DNA from: Amoebophrya sp. A120 | Taxonomy: Eukaryota; Protista; Dinoflagellata | Reading direction: 5' to 3' | Length of the DNA stretch: 64,000 bases | Assembly (NCBI GenBank): GCA_905178155.1 | Contig: CAJINV010000008.1 | Span: 1,674,001 to 1,738,000 of the forward strand | In this document: piece after piece, positions 35,601 through 47,907 of the stretch | Numbering within the stretch: the stretch's first letter is position 1 | Layout of the letters: the number at the start of each line of letters is the position of its first letter | Notes under the pieces: generated by a model | What the model was told of the DNA's origin: nothing | The model's input: only the letters and a program-made list of their open reading frames with translations | The model's database searches: none | Position numbers and translations under genes: made by a program

Positions 35601-38600
35601 CCACGTGCGGCGCAGGGTGCTCTCCGCGCCGGCCCCAGCCAGTCGCGGGGACAGATCCTGCTCGTAAACATCTGGGTCGTTGTGATGCTGCGCGGTTTCG
35701 TTGGCCGGTACCAAGCCATTGCTTTCGTCCGTCAGACACAGACTGGGAGTGGCGAAGTCGCGCGACATTTGCACCATGAAACGGACGACGAAAGCGCGGA
35801 AGGTGCCAAGCCCCTCGTCCGGGCAATTCGCAAACACGTTTTTCTCACAGGTTCGGAGCTGCTTCTCGAGAAAATCCACAAACACAGTCAACTGCCCCCA
35901 GCACGGGTTTTCGACGCCGCAGTACTTGATCACGTTTTGCAGAATGTGAATTTGCCGCTGGAGGTCTTTCGAAGGACAGGAAGATGTTGCAGCTGCAGGC
36001 GGCGCGCTGCTCGACGACGAGCTCGCACCTCCGGTGGGCTGTGAAAACACCGAACTTGGAATGGTCAGATTCGTCAAGTCCAGCGTGTACAGGCTATCGT
36101 CGTCCTCCGCACCGTCATCTTCCTCATAGTAGTCGTCTCCAAACTCGTCCTCGTCGCCCTCCTCAGCATCGTGATAGTGCAACTCATCGTCCGCGTCCCT
36201 GCCGTCTTTTGGCACTTTAGCGGGTTCTCCAGCCTGTTTAGACCTTCTTGGCCGCCATTGCTTGATGTCCCCGCTCGCGGACTCCTTCACGTCAACCAGT
36301 TTCTGGTCGACGAAAATGCGGAGGTCTGCTGCCGTCACGAAGTTCCAGCCCTGCTCGTTTCGCAACCAGTCCAGCAGCGGTTTTTGGTGCTCCTTCCGCC
36401 ACGTGCCGCAGTCACGGTCTGCGTGGTAGTACAGGTAATTGCGTGCCCTGGAGTTCTGGTTGTTGTTCTGTTGTCCTTGGTTCGGGTTGGAGGTGTACCG
36501 CTGATTTTGGTCAGCAATATCGTTTTTCCGGCTGCTTTCCTGCCTTTTGTACTCATCCAGGAACTCCGCCACATACTCAAACTTAGACTTGCTCTGTTCT
36601 TGCGGCGGCACTACATTCCTGGAGGAACTCTCTTGATGTCCCGGTGCAGCGTCGAGCAAACCCGCAGCTTGGATCCGCCAGGCGTCGTCAGCTCGAGTGC
36701 TATTCGCGTGTTGTGTGTCGTTTTTTCCTGATGTCGCAGTTGTAGTGCCGGCGCCGCAGGCTTCGGCAATCAGCTCCCGCAGCAGCTCAACGGGCGTGAG
36801 CAAATCCAACCTTGGCAAATAGCTCGCGAAGCTGCAGACGCTGGTCTCGGCATCGTGTTGCACGCTGATTGCCCGACTGGGGCGTGTCTTCGTTTTAAGA
36901 AAGTTGCGGACAAAGTCAAAATTTGTTCCCTGCGCGGCGGCCTCCGCGTCTTCGAGCTGCTTGCTGTCGGTTTCGTCTTCGACGGTTTCATACAAATCCA
37001 AAAATCGCATAGAAGGTGGCGCGTCCTCGTCCGGATCCTCCATTTTAAGCAGAGCCTGCCCCACATTCGCGTTGGGCGATGCGACGAGATGCCCTTTGAC
37101 CTCCTGTGCCCGGTCAAAATCCAAGAGGCCACGGTTGCTAGTCTCTAGGAAGCACACGTCTTCCGCCCCGACTCGCCAGATGCTCCCGTCCTTCGTTTCC
37201 AGCGTCCGCAACACGACCAATTTGAACAAAATGTCATTGACGTTTTGAAAACGCACGCCTGCGGGCAGCACCAAGTGAATGGCTAGCGCGATGCCAAACT
37301 GTTGTTCGCCTTGCAGTGCCTCTTCCTGCTCTCGCGCCTCGCCGTACTCACGCCCACTGTTGGAGTGTCGAGTGCTGCAAATCGCCAGCGTCCGATCCAT
37401 TGGTTGAAAGTACTTCTTGAAGTTCGTCTTTGTTCCTTTCTTGTTCAACGAATTTTTGCTTCCACCGTCCGCGGCCACTTCGGGTACGATCTCTTGCAGA
37501 TTGCAACTTTCCTGAATCAACCGCCTGCACAGTGCGTCCTCGTCGATCACTTCCTTAAACAGGACAATCTTGATCTTTTTCAACCGGCAAGGCACCTTTG
37601 ACGCAGTTTGTGGTGCCGCTTTCAGGCCGGAGTGGTGGTTGTTCAACAGGCCGCTCCCTCTAGAGGACGAGGAAGCGTTTTTCTGGCTCTTCAGCCAATC
37701 CTCAATCTTCTTCTCCTTTTTTTGCCGTATTTGCTCGATCTGGTGGTCGATCAGCCAGGTTTTGCCGCCGCCCGCGTCGGCGGAGCAAACGAGCTTGAAA
37801 AAGCCCTTCGCCTGCGGACGCACAAACTCCCTCATGTCGCGCAGCGACGGCAGCTTCGGCGCCGAGACCTTTTGCTCGGCAAAGGCGGAAAACAGGTGGG
37901 ACTGCCGCGCGGCCTTTTCGGAACAGAAAAACACCAAGTGGTTACGCGTGGAAAACTTGGTGGACTTGTACCTGTCCTGCACCGCTACAACACCGCCGGA
38001 TCCGACCATGTCGACGTCCTCATCTTCTTCACTCTCATCATCATCGCTTTTGTACGCTTCGAACAAGCCGCTAGAAATAGCGTTCTGAGACGTGGAAGAT
38101 ACAGCAGCTGCGCCGGCCTCGCCATCCTGGACCGATTGCAATCTTTGCAAGTGCTTCTTCTGCTTTTTTGCTCCCTTCATAGGATCGAGCACTTCCTCCT
38201 GCTCCTTAAAATCTGCAGCCAGCTTCAAATCCTCCTTCTCCCGGCGCCGGCACTCCTCGAGGTACACGTGGTGCGCTGAAACAGCGACCTTGTATTGCAG
38301 CTTTTCGATTGACACGAGGAAAAAGTGCTTGGTAGCAGACACGGAGCCAGTGCTGATGTTCTCATCCGCTTCATCTGGGTCTTGTTCGTCTTTCACATTT
38401 GTTCGCGGATGGTCCAGCAGCTGCGATGCGGACGCCGCGGCATTTGTTTTGCCCTTTTTCTTCCTGCTCTCAGGAGCCGTGGTCGAAGAGGCAACGTCCG
38501 CAAGCGTCAAGTTCATCTTTCCGAAGAGGCCGCCCCCGGAACTGGACGTCGCACTGCTGGCTTTTGCGTTCGGCTTCGCCACTGATGTTGCGCCGCGAAT

Positions 38601-41600
38601 TCCCTTTTTCCGATCCAGGCCTGTCGTGCCGTCGTCAGGAGGGAGCAACAGCGTCGAACTGGTTGTCCTCTGGTCTCGCTTGTGTTCGCGTCCTGCTGAC
38701 GCTGAGTGCCCTGTTAGTGGAAAAGATGCGCCTGCGGACAACCTGCCACTCTCCAATTGTTCGAGCTCGGCTTTTGCCTTCTCCCACGCACCCCGCGGGC
38801 GACACAGTGCGCGGCGGAAAAACAAACGAATTTCCTCGATGGTTGTGGTTTCGGAGCAAAACAACACATCTTCGCGCTTCGGGAGCACCTGGACGCAGTT
38901 CGCGATCGACAGGACGTAGTCGAGCTGTGCATGTGTGAGCACTGACGCAACAGTGTGCTTGTGCGGACAAAAAGAAGAGACCGCTGTTTGATGGCTGCCT
39001 GTGTTCTCAAGGGTAGCATCTTCGTCCATGAGCTGCAAACTACTCTTTGGCGTCTTGGCGCTTTTCATTGCTTTGGGCGTCGGAATCGCTCGTCGGCCTT
39101 CTTCGGCAGATCCCGCAAGTCCGAGTGCACCGGCTCTGTTGTTGTGTTCGAAGGCTTGCAAGTACAGCAGAGAATTCGGGTCGAGTTCCCGTTCGGACTC
39201 GAGCTGGCCACTGAGCTTGACCGATTGCAACATGAGCGACCCACAGGCCCGCTTCTGGTCCCACTGCGCCATGCGTGTTTCGCGCGTCGTGAGAAGCTCG
39301 CCGAGAAAACGGAGGTGCAGCCCGCCCCCAATCCGCTCAATTTGCGTTACTTGCGAGATGCCGCCGCCGATGAACAAAACCTGTTCAGCTTGCCACGTGT
39401 CATCGAACGCTATCATCAGCTGCTCGAAGATCGCATGCACACGCGGAGCCACGTCTGCCGTGGTGCTGAGCTGGTTCACCTTCGAGTCTTGACCAGCATC
39501 GTTCCCTGCTTCGGATGCCAGTGGCAGCGACAGAAAGTTTCGGAATTCGTAGTGGTTTGTGTTAGCTTCCGTCTTCTTTCCTGCATTCTCCAAAAGTGCG
39601 CGGTAGGAGTCCGCGCCATGATGCAGCAGTGCGACAAGATTGCCCTTCTGTCTTTCCACCTCTTGCGGAGCAAACCCGAGCTGGCCCACAAAGTCGCTTC
39701 GGAACTTCGCCAGTCTTTCCCGCGCCACGTCAGGACCAACGTTTCGTCCACCACCGAGAATCTCAATTTCAGAAAGCTTCGCAACCTTCTCACCGATCTC
39801 GATTTCGTTCATAGACTGCGTTTCGCCACCAAAGAGGGTGAAGCACTTTTTGTTTCCAGCATTTTCCGCCGCCGATGCGCTAGACGTAGGGTCTCTACCA
39901 CTTGCACGGTTCTCGCAAGTTGCCCCCACCAAGTAAGAGACAATGCGCTTCAGCTTTTCATGCGACATGCCAACCTTTTGCAAGAACGCCTTCTCTCGAC
40001 GGGCCTTGAGGCGATTTTCCCAAGCCTGCTCCCTCGTTTCTTGCGGCTGGTGTTGAAGCGCTGCGCCGTTGTTTACATGCCCAACTTCGACCACGTCGCT
40101 GTTCTCGGAATCGCTGTCGAGTAAAATCACCTCCGCTTGCGGCTGGGCTCGCGGCGCCGGCGCCGGTCGGGCAGCTTGGGCTCGTGTGCTGGGCAGCGAA
40201 CTACGAGCATTCGCTGCAGGTAGCAGTGACCCTCTTCTGTTGTTCAGGGCTGCACTACCGTCGTCGATTTCTAGCAACTCATCCGCCATCGAACCGCGAA
40301 ACAATCCAATGCCAAACTTCACTAATTCGTCGTCTTTGCACTGGTCTAGCAGCATCACCAGCGCCAAATACTTCTGCAGATTCACTAACTGCACATTGGT
40401 AAATTCGTCCAAGATCGGAAACTCACGCCGAATCCCCTCTACCTTGGTTTCGTAGCTCTGCACCACTTTTTCGTACAGTGCGGTAGTGAAGGAGCCCAGA
40501 CAGACCGAAAACTGTTCCTCCTGCGCGGTCTGAAACCGCATCTCGTGCCCAAAAAGGTCCAAGCGCACACGAATTTCGAGGTTGTTCGGCTCGATTGCAA
40601 CCTGCAACCGCGAGAAGAGCGGAAGTTTCTTGACGTGGATCTGTTCCAAGCACTGGTTCAGCTCGACGAGCTGGGCAAAGATCGCACAGAAACGCTCGAT
40701 TTCAGAGGTCTTGCGCTCTGTTGAAATCAGCATCAGCTTGTCGTTCAGATCTTTTAGTTGCTGCATCGAGTGGTGCTGGCAGAGCTCCTGGGATTCTTCG
40801 TCGTCGTTCGACGGTTGCTGCACTGCTAGCGGATTCAGGCGTGAGGAAGACGACCCTACGGCTCCGGCTGTCTGCGGACTCGGCGCTTTGTAGGCTTGCA
40901 GGAACGTATCGCGCTCGGTGTCGTTCATTAATGCGATCTGCAGACGGTCCATCCGCTGTAGCATAGCGTTGTTTTTGTGGTGTTTCACATTGAAGACAAT
41001 GCTCTTGAGTTCGCCGCCGCAGCTGAGCGTGAAAACGCCGTGTTTGATCAAGGCCTCGGCGCGCTTCACGGCACTCGCCTCCACCGACCCGTGCGAGGCC
41101 TGGATGTTGGCGAGCCAAGACCGGTTGCGCCAGAGGTCCTCAATCTTCGCAAGCAACCCCTTGGCGTCTTTCTTCAACTCTGTGAACGCAGGCCGCAACA
41201 CTTTCCACAATGCCTGGGCGTCAATGATGGTTGACTCACTGGGAGTCGTGGTGGCAAGACCACTCGCTCCGCTAGCCGTGGCGTTGCGACGCTGCCGCCC
41301 TCGTGCTGCGCCGGGCTTGGCCTTGTCGTTCTCCTTCTTCACATCTCTTTTGTTAGCCGATTTGTTGTTCCGTTTTGTACTCTTCGCGTTGTTCCTGCCG
41401 CCGTCTGCTGGTTGTGACAGAACTAGATCGAGATCCTGCGAGAAAGGCACGAGTTGGGAGGCACCATACGGATCCAAGTCCGCATCGTCATCTTGACCAC
41501 TGCTCGACGCGTCCTTCTGCACAAGAATGCTCTCCAATTTCGTGTAAACCAGCGGTCCCAAGCAGTTGCCCAGCAAGTCGAGTGTCGAAATGCGGTCGAC

Positions 41601-44600
41601 GTCAATGTCCGACTCGCCCGCGTCGATGTGCGCCAGATCGACGAAGTTTTTGAATTCCTGGGGGTTTGCGATGTTCCGCCGCCACCACTGGAACACCTCG
41701 CCGGACGCTTGGATGGCCTTCATCAACTTGATCTGGTCTTCCTGCACCTCTCGGAGAACTTTGTACCAGTCCTTGATCTCCTTGGAGATGTCGTTCAGCG
41801 TGTTTTGCTGCAGAAAGGCCTCGCTCCGCTGCTGCAGCTTTTGGAAAAATTGCAGCTTCGGATCCCCGTCGACAACGGTGTCCGCGATATTGTTCCCACC
41901 ACCGGCACTGCTACTGGATGACGACGCCGCTGCAGCGTTCGTATCTCCTGCTCCGAGAGCTCCTCCTGCGCCAGAAGCACTTATGTCCGCTGTTGCGTCG
42001 TCAGCATTGCTCCCACGCGGGAACATGAAGTGCACGAAGTGGATGACCTCGCGAATGCTGTTGGGCTGCACGTTGGCAATGTCAAGAAACGTTTGGATTT
42101 GGTCCATCCTATCGCGGTACAGGATCGCCCCGTCACCACTGTTTTTGTGCGGCCGATGCGAGGCTGCATTCTCAACATCGAAGATCACCAGCTGGGAGGA
42201 GGCTGGTTCTCCCGTGTCAACAGCGGTTGGATTCTTGTTTTCTTCTCCTAGAATCACATCCAGTTCGTCGTACTCTAGCTGCGTTTGTGCAAACATGCTT
42301 TTCACTGGTGCGGGCGCAAGGACGAGCGCAGTATCAGCTGCTTTCGTTGACGCAAGCATCCCCGCACCCGTCATTTCTTTCCGAATGGCATTTGTGAGTG
42401 CCTCCGGCAGCGGCCAACTCAGGTGGCTGATTAGTTCCAGAGAAAGATCGCCGGTCTGAAATTCTCCGATGAAGGCGTGGAGCTGCGACCGTGCCCGCTC
42501 AACCACGTGATCCAGCGGCGGGCCGGAATGGAATCTGTCACGGTTGTTCTTCCTGTCGCCGTTGTCGATCTCCAAATCCTCATCGAATGCCTTGAAAAAG
42601 GCGGCCAGGTCCGGCGTCTGCTCCTCCTGGTCCAAAATCAGGGCGCGGGCCAGAATGGCGTCGAAATTCATCTTAACCGCTTTGGAGTCCGCAGAAACTT
42701 GCGGCAGCGCGCTAGCGGCTCGGAGCAGTTCCAAATCGGACTCGAACTTCGTAACGACCTCGCGCCAGTGTTCCAATTTTGAAGCGATTTCCTTCTCCTT
42801 CTGCTTGCGCGGCGAGGCGGCAGATGATCCCAAACTGTCCGCGGTCGCAGAGCGGCCGCGGGCTGCGGTCGTCGTTTCACCTGCGTTTGCGAGAACAAGT
42901 TCTTGCGACATGTCGACGTCATCTTTCTCTTTCGCTACATCGTCGTCTACCTCCATGGGGTCATCACCCTCGTTTTCTTTTCGCTCTGCCGACTTCCTCG
43001 CACCCGCGGAGCTCCTTCCCGCCCACTCCTCTGATGGTTGCTCTGTGCAGATCTGGTAAAATGTGGTGAAGCGGTCCTTGTTGTCTTCCAGGAATTTCAG
43101 CGTCTTCAAAGACAACGTCCCATCAAAAAGGCGCTCCTTGCAGGTAACGAAGGCGCTTACCACCTGCTCGAGTACTGCAGCGCCGTCGGAATCCTCGGGC
43201 ACTTGCAGCCTCATCCGCAGCAGTGCCTCGCTGGCCTTGCAAGCAAACGTAACCTCCAGGATGTGCCGCAGGTCGGCGTTGTCGAGGTTCTTCTTCTTCT
43301 TGGCGTCCTCCGGGTTAATTGACAAGAACTTGAGGATCAAATCCGATAACACTTTCGCCATATTAGCGAGGGCAGTCTGTCCACGTTCGTCCTTTTCCGA
43401 GGTAGACTTCGAGCTCCCCGCGGGTGCCATCTTTGTCAGCAACGAGAAAGCTTTCGTCATCAAGCCACCCGCAGCATTTGCAAGTCCCGCACCGGCCCTC
43501 GCTACGGCGTTGTTTTCCGGTAGGAGAGCGGAATTGCGCGGTTTCTTTGACGTGTCGATATTGCTACCAAGCAGAATTTCTTCGAGCTCTTCTGGTTTCT
43601 TGTTTAGCAGGGACGTGAGCTTGTCAACAAACTTGTTGGTCCAAAGGTCCTTGAGGCGGCTCGGCAGCTGTTCATGGTGTAGATACGTTTCAATCACGGT
43701 CTTTTCCGCAGTCGTGGCCAGCTTTCTGCGCAGCACTCCCTCCATTTTCTCAGCGATGTTGTCCATGTCGGGCACATTCGGCAGCGCATCAGCAGTGGTC
43801 AAAACGTGGGCCCAGAAGTCAATGTCAAGGGAATTTCTCACTACTCCGCAATTCTTATGAATGGCCCGATTTGTCAGCTGCAGAAAGAAGTGGCCGAGAC
43901 TCGGAAGGCTTTTCCGTTTAAGCGTGACAGCTTTCTTAGCTGGCTGCATCGGTTCCTTGCTCTGATCGTCGAGATCAATGACCTCCTTCTCTTGTTGTCC
44001 TCCGGGAGTCTCTTTTTCTTCTTCTTGTTGCACGCCTTCAACTGTGCAGGAATCAATTAGCTCCATCACTGCCACAACGAAATCTGCTGCTGCTGTTACG
44101 GTCGTTTTCGCAGATTCTAGGTCCACAAAGAAAACCTTCGTGAAGGTTTCTACCGGCACTTGTGCAGAACCCTCCTTCTTCATGTAGTCGTCCGCGCCAG
44201 ACAAAACCCTCGCAACAAGGTCGAGCAGATCCTTTGCGTCGAAAAAAGGCTGCTCCTTTGCCACCGCGGAACCGATCGGCCTCTTATCTCCGTTGTGAAT
44301 TTCTAAATCCTCGCGCAGCATCATCATGTCGTCTTCCGCGCTATTTTGTTCCCCACAACGGACTGAATTTGAAGACGACAGTATCTCCCGAATCCATGAA
44401 GCGCTTTTTCGCAGGATAGTCTCCATGTCTGGGGGGTCGTTCCAGTCCAGCTGCACGAAGTTCTTCGCTTTTCGATACACTCTCCACTTCATGACCAGGC
44501 AGTCGAACGCCAGCCAGACTGGGACGCGATGAAAATCAGCAGCAGTGAAAAACTCTGGCCAGGGCGTGTAGAACAGAAAAAGGCGGATGAGAAACGGGTC

Positions 44601-47600
44601 GTAGGCAATCAATTTCGTCGTCTCCTCTGTCCACGTGAACGCCGACACTTTCGAGACATCGACTTTTTGCTCATTCTGAATCTGATTTCGCTTGTCCGCG
44701 AAGAAAAAAGGACTAGTGAACCCAAACCAGTCAGTAAAACTCGCCTTCACGGTGTGACCTCGACGTTCAAATGCCATTGCGTGCAGCTCGTCCACGATGT
44801 CGGAAAAGGTTGTAGCCTTTCCACTTAGATTTCGGCAAGCTTGCAACACGTGCAAAAAACTCAAGCCGAAGAGAAATTCCGGATGTTCCATGGGTTCGAT
44901 TCGTGAAAGCACCTCCTGCAGCCAGGCGAAAAGGTAGTTGGACGCGATAGGAAACTGTCCCTGTAACTCGCACCACCATTTTTGCTCGCATTTGGCGACT
45001 TTTGCGCTTCTTTGATGATCTCCAAGGTTGGCCCCATCCTCCTTCTTTGCCTGACCACCATCATCAGAGAGCGGAACAAAGAAGTTCGCGTTATTCTCCT
45101 CGAAGAAGCAAATGTCAAGGCGCCGCAGCAATTTTGGAAGAAACACCGCGAAGTCGTTCTCTGCATGGGAGGCACAGAGTTCGCGGCCAAGATAAGCGCA
45201 CCCTGCGATTGTTCCTATGGTGAACACGCATGTCCGTGCGCAGGGAATCGACGTCCACCCAGCAACTTGCTCTTGCAGTGCCAGGTTGAAGTTGTAATGC
45301 CACACTCCGGTTTCGTTTTTCGGAACGCACCACCATGGTTGCGTCAGCACGGCAGAATTGCTGTTGACCCGTTCGCTAAGGCAACATTGCTGCATCATGA
45401 CCTGCACTTCCTCATCGTCGCCCGCAGGACCGTTTTTCTTCACCAGTCGCATTCCCTTCAGCAGTGTGTAAGCGAGGCTTTCTTTCATCCAGCAGTCTTG
45501 CGTCATCTTCATCGCTAGGGAGATTGGGTATTTCGAACTTGCTCCATTCGCACCTGCGGTTTTTCCTTCTGGTCGGGGCGCTTGCTCCGGTAGGTAGTTA
45601 TTGGCTTTTTTCCATTCTTCGATGTACAACGAAAGAGCAAGCCGCAGAGCTTGGGCTCGGAGAACACCAAAATTCCAAACTTTGCCTGGCTCTGCTTTCG
45701 GGACGGTTGCATAATCGAAAATTTCGATGTCAAGTACCGACAGGTTGCTGGACTGCGGCTGCAAGCTCCATGCGCGGCACATGGTTCTCTTCGTCTCCCA
45801 ATACGACTGGGTGATATGAAAATTCTCTGCTCGGTGGAGCTGTTTTGATTTTATATGTGGTTTGGGTTTATCTTCGTTGCACCTAAAACTAAATCAAAAT
45901 CATCACTTGGTGAAGAATCTAATACGCGGAAGTACTGCATCCAGAGCACATCCACATCAAACCATTTTTCTTCATCTGGTTCTGTCAAAGCTGAGTGCTG
46001 TGCGCCTACCAGGTTCTTGTTGTTTTTCTTTTTTCATTGTGAAAATCATGAAATACTACTCGGAATACCTGCTCGCGGAGGCCCGCTTTTTTTGTGTCTT
46101 TGCTCCATTTTCGATAACTGTAGCGAAGAAGTACTGGACAATTTTTTGGATCGGTAGGCGGCTCTTTCATGTTCGCGAGTTTCCACAGGCTGTAACTCTT
46201 TTTCGAACGAAAGTCGATCCAGATGTCACCGTCACCATGTTCGTCGACGATTCTGTCCTTCTCTTCCAGGATGATGTGATGCGAATCGTACCCCCTGCTG
46301 GTCTCCATACACAAGACGAGCTGTGCCGGCTGCATGTTTTCCTTTTGCTTTGTCTCGTCTTCACCGGTCTGCGCCACTCGCTCCGGGAACTTCCAGGCCG
46401 AAGCCGGGGCAAGAACACGCCATCGCACGAGCGGTCCCATTTCCTGAGGGGCAACTTCTTGTAACTTCAAATCCCCGTCCTGCTGTTCGTGTTGCTTGTC
46501 GGAGTTCTTCTCAAGTTTCTGCCTCTCGTTGTCGCCTTCAGACACAAATGGGGAGCCCTGAGCTTCGTCGCCTGGATCGGCATCTTGCCTTCCCGTTTTT
46601 CTGTTTTCCATGTTTGCTTCCACATCGGCAGAACTTTTTTCGTGCGGCTTGTCTTTCGGTAACAGGTTGCCCTCCTTTTTCAGCTTCTCTGTTGACACGC
46701 GATCCTCGCTGGATGACAGCCTCACGACATTGCCGTCTTCCTCATCTCGTCGATGAACATCATCAGGCACTATTTCCTTGCCACCCTCGACGACAGCACC
46801 GCCTATGGCGCCCGATTTCTGCCTCGACCGGCTTGCCGCGGTGCTCAAAACCTTCTCGTCTTCGCTGCGCTCTGCAGCTTGAGCGTTATCGTCGGAGGGG
46901 CGAAGCGTGCGCGTAAACGTATTTTTCCGCACCTGTTTAGAGCCGGCATCGGCACCTTCTTTTTTCTTCGAGGCTTTTCTGCCAGCAGGCACCTTCTGGT
47001 TTTTCGACGCCTCGCCCTCTTCGTCGCTTTTGACGCTTTCTTTCTTGCTGTCCTGTTTGCCACGCTTTTTTGCTGTTGTACCAGATCCAACTGCATTCAA
47101 CGGAAGATCATCTGCAGCTTCATCCGCTGCATCTTCATCCAGAATTCCTGGATTCAGTGTCAGCTTATTCTGAACCTTCTTTGAAGACACGGACTCGTTC
47201 GCCTTTCCCTTTTCCTCACGCTCGTCTTCCATCTCTGACACGGGAATTTCTTGCCCGCCCGAAACTTCTGCGGCTCCACGAACACTGCTGCTCCCCTGCG
47301 CCTCTCCGGTTCCCAACACTTTCTTCGATGCATTTTTTGCGGCAGGAACAATTTTCAGTTTATTGTTTTTTACTTTCGAAGAGCCCGTGCTCGGTCTTGG
47401 CGGCAAATCTTGTTCGCACTCCTCGTCGATCACTCCATCCTCCGTAGCTTTTCTGCCCGGTATCTGCGACACTCCCGCTACAGCACTGGACGAACTTGCA
47501 CTCGACGAAGAGGAGCTTGGCACCTGCGGCCCGGCCGCCGCCTCGGCAGACGAAAGTTTTCGCTTCTTCAGCGACCGTGACTGATCCGCATCCTCCACAT

Positions 47601-47907
47601 GTTGAGGCTCCTCATCAGCCGAGCCAGTTTTTGGTTCGGCGTTTCCGGCTTTCGCTGCAGAAGAAGCGCTGCCGCTGCTGCCCGTAATCAACTCCTTCGG
47701 CTCGTCTTTCTTGTCTTCGCCGGTGTTCTGATCTTCTTTTTTCTTCTTCCCTTTTTTCTTCTTAGCAGCTAGTTCCATCGCCAGCTGTTCCATCCTGCGC
47801 TGCTCCTCCTCCGAATCAATCTCGGAACCACTTCCCGATTCTTGCTCTGAAGGAACATCTTCTTGTGCGGGCGCAGGGGCACCCTTCTTGCTCCCCATCT
47901 TCGACAT
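20688..47907 (-). CDS. RNF213: Giant RNF213 (mysterin)-like AAA+ ATPase / RING E3 ligase, ~8,844 aa, 4 exons (47907-46069, 45806-32787, 32521-31864, 31705-20688)
   Basis: RNF213-type motifs: AGGGKT; FELTLDNCQKLLAMHVRFHCGIPVCLFGETGIGKT; LFFDECNT; IACNPYR; LVYRVHPLP; FVSLRDVER; IPLFIVGKPGTSKSL; SYQCSPLSTSDGI; LDEVGLAE; GISNWSLDPAKMNRG; HGLRDFY; LFGSSFKND; YESIYDALNQYY; FPVPLINRLEKH. C3HC4 RING at ~23955-24095. CBM20-like YSY...WE motif across intron 1. Three GT-AG introns restore the frame; intron 1 borders are the least certain. Confidence 0.9.
21147..21250 (-). repeat. Coding (Lys-Ala)n repeat in the RNF213-like C-tail
   Basis: Encodes PKAKAKAKAKAKVKAKAKPKVKAKAKTKAKAKAKS; degenerate 6-bp periodicity. 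Confidence 0.9.
31706..31863 (-). other. Canonical GT-AG intron (phase 1)
   Basis: GCAG|GTATAAAT...TTTTTCCCAG|GC joins KIFA-G-AVAA in frame. Confidence 0.8.
32522..32786 (-). mobile_element. MITE-like introner forming a GT-AG intron; perfect 30-bp TIR
   Basis: tatcaaatgtaaaaatgtctgggtctggaa (32523-32552) is the exact reverse complement of 32756-32785. GAG|GTATCA...TGATAG|GGG restores LHPLLETGCSPE|GGSFDDAEPYFKTGFYGISNWSLDPAKMNRG. Confidence 0.95.
45807..46068 (-). other. Probable GT-AG intron (phase 0) joining the N-terminal exon of the RNF213-like gene
   Basis: CAG|GTATTC...CACCCAG|TCG gives RYSYRKW...LREQ|SYWETKRTMCR. Confidence 0.6.
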
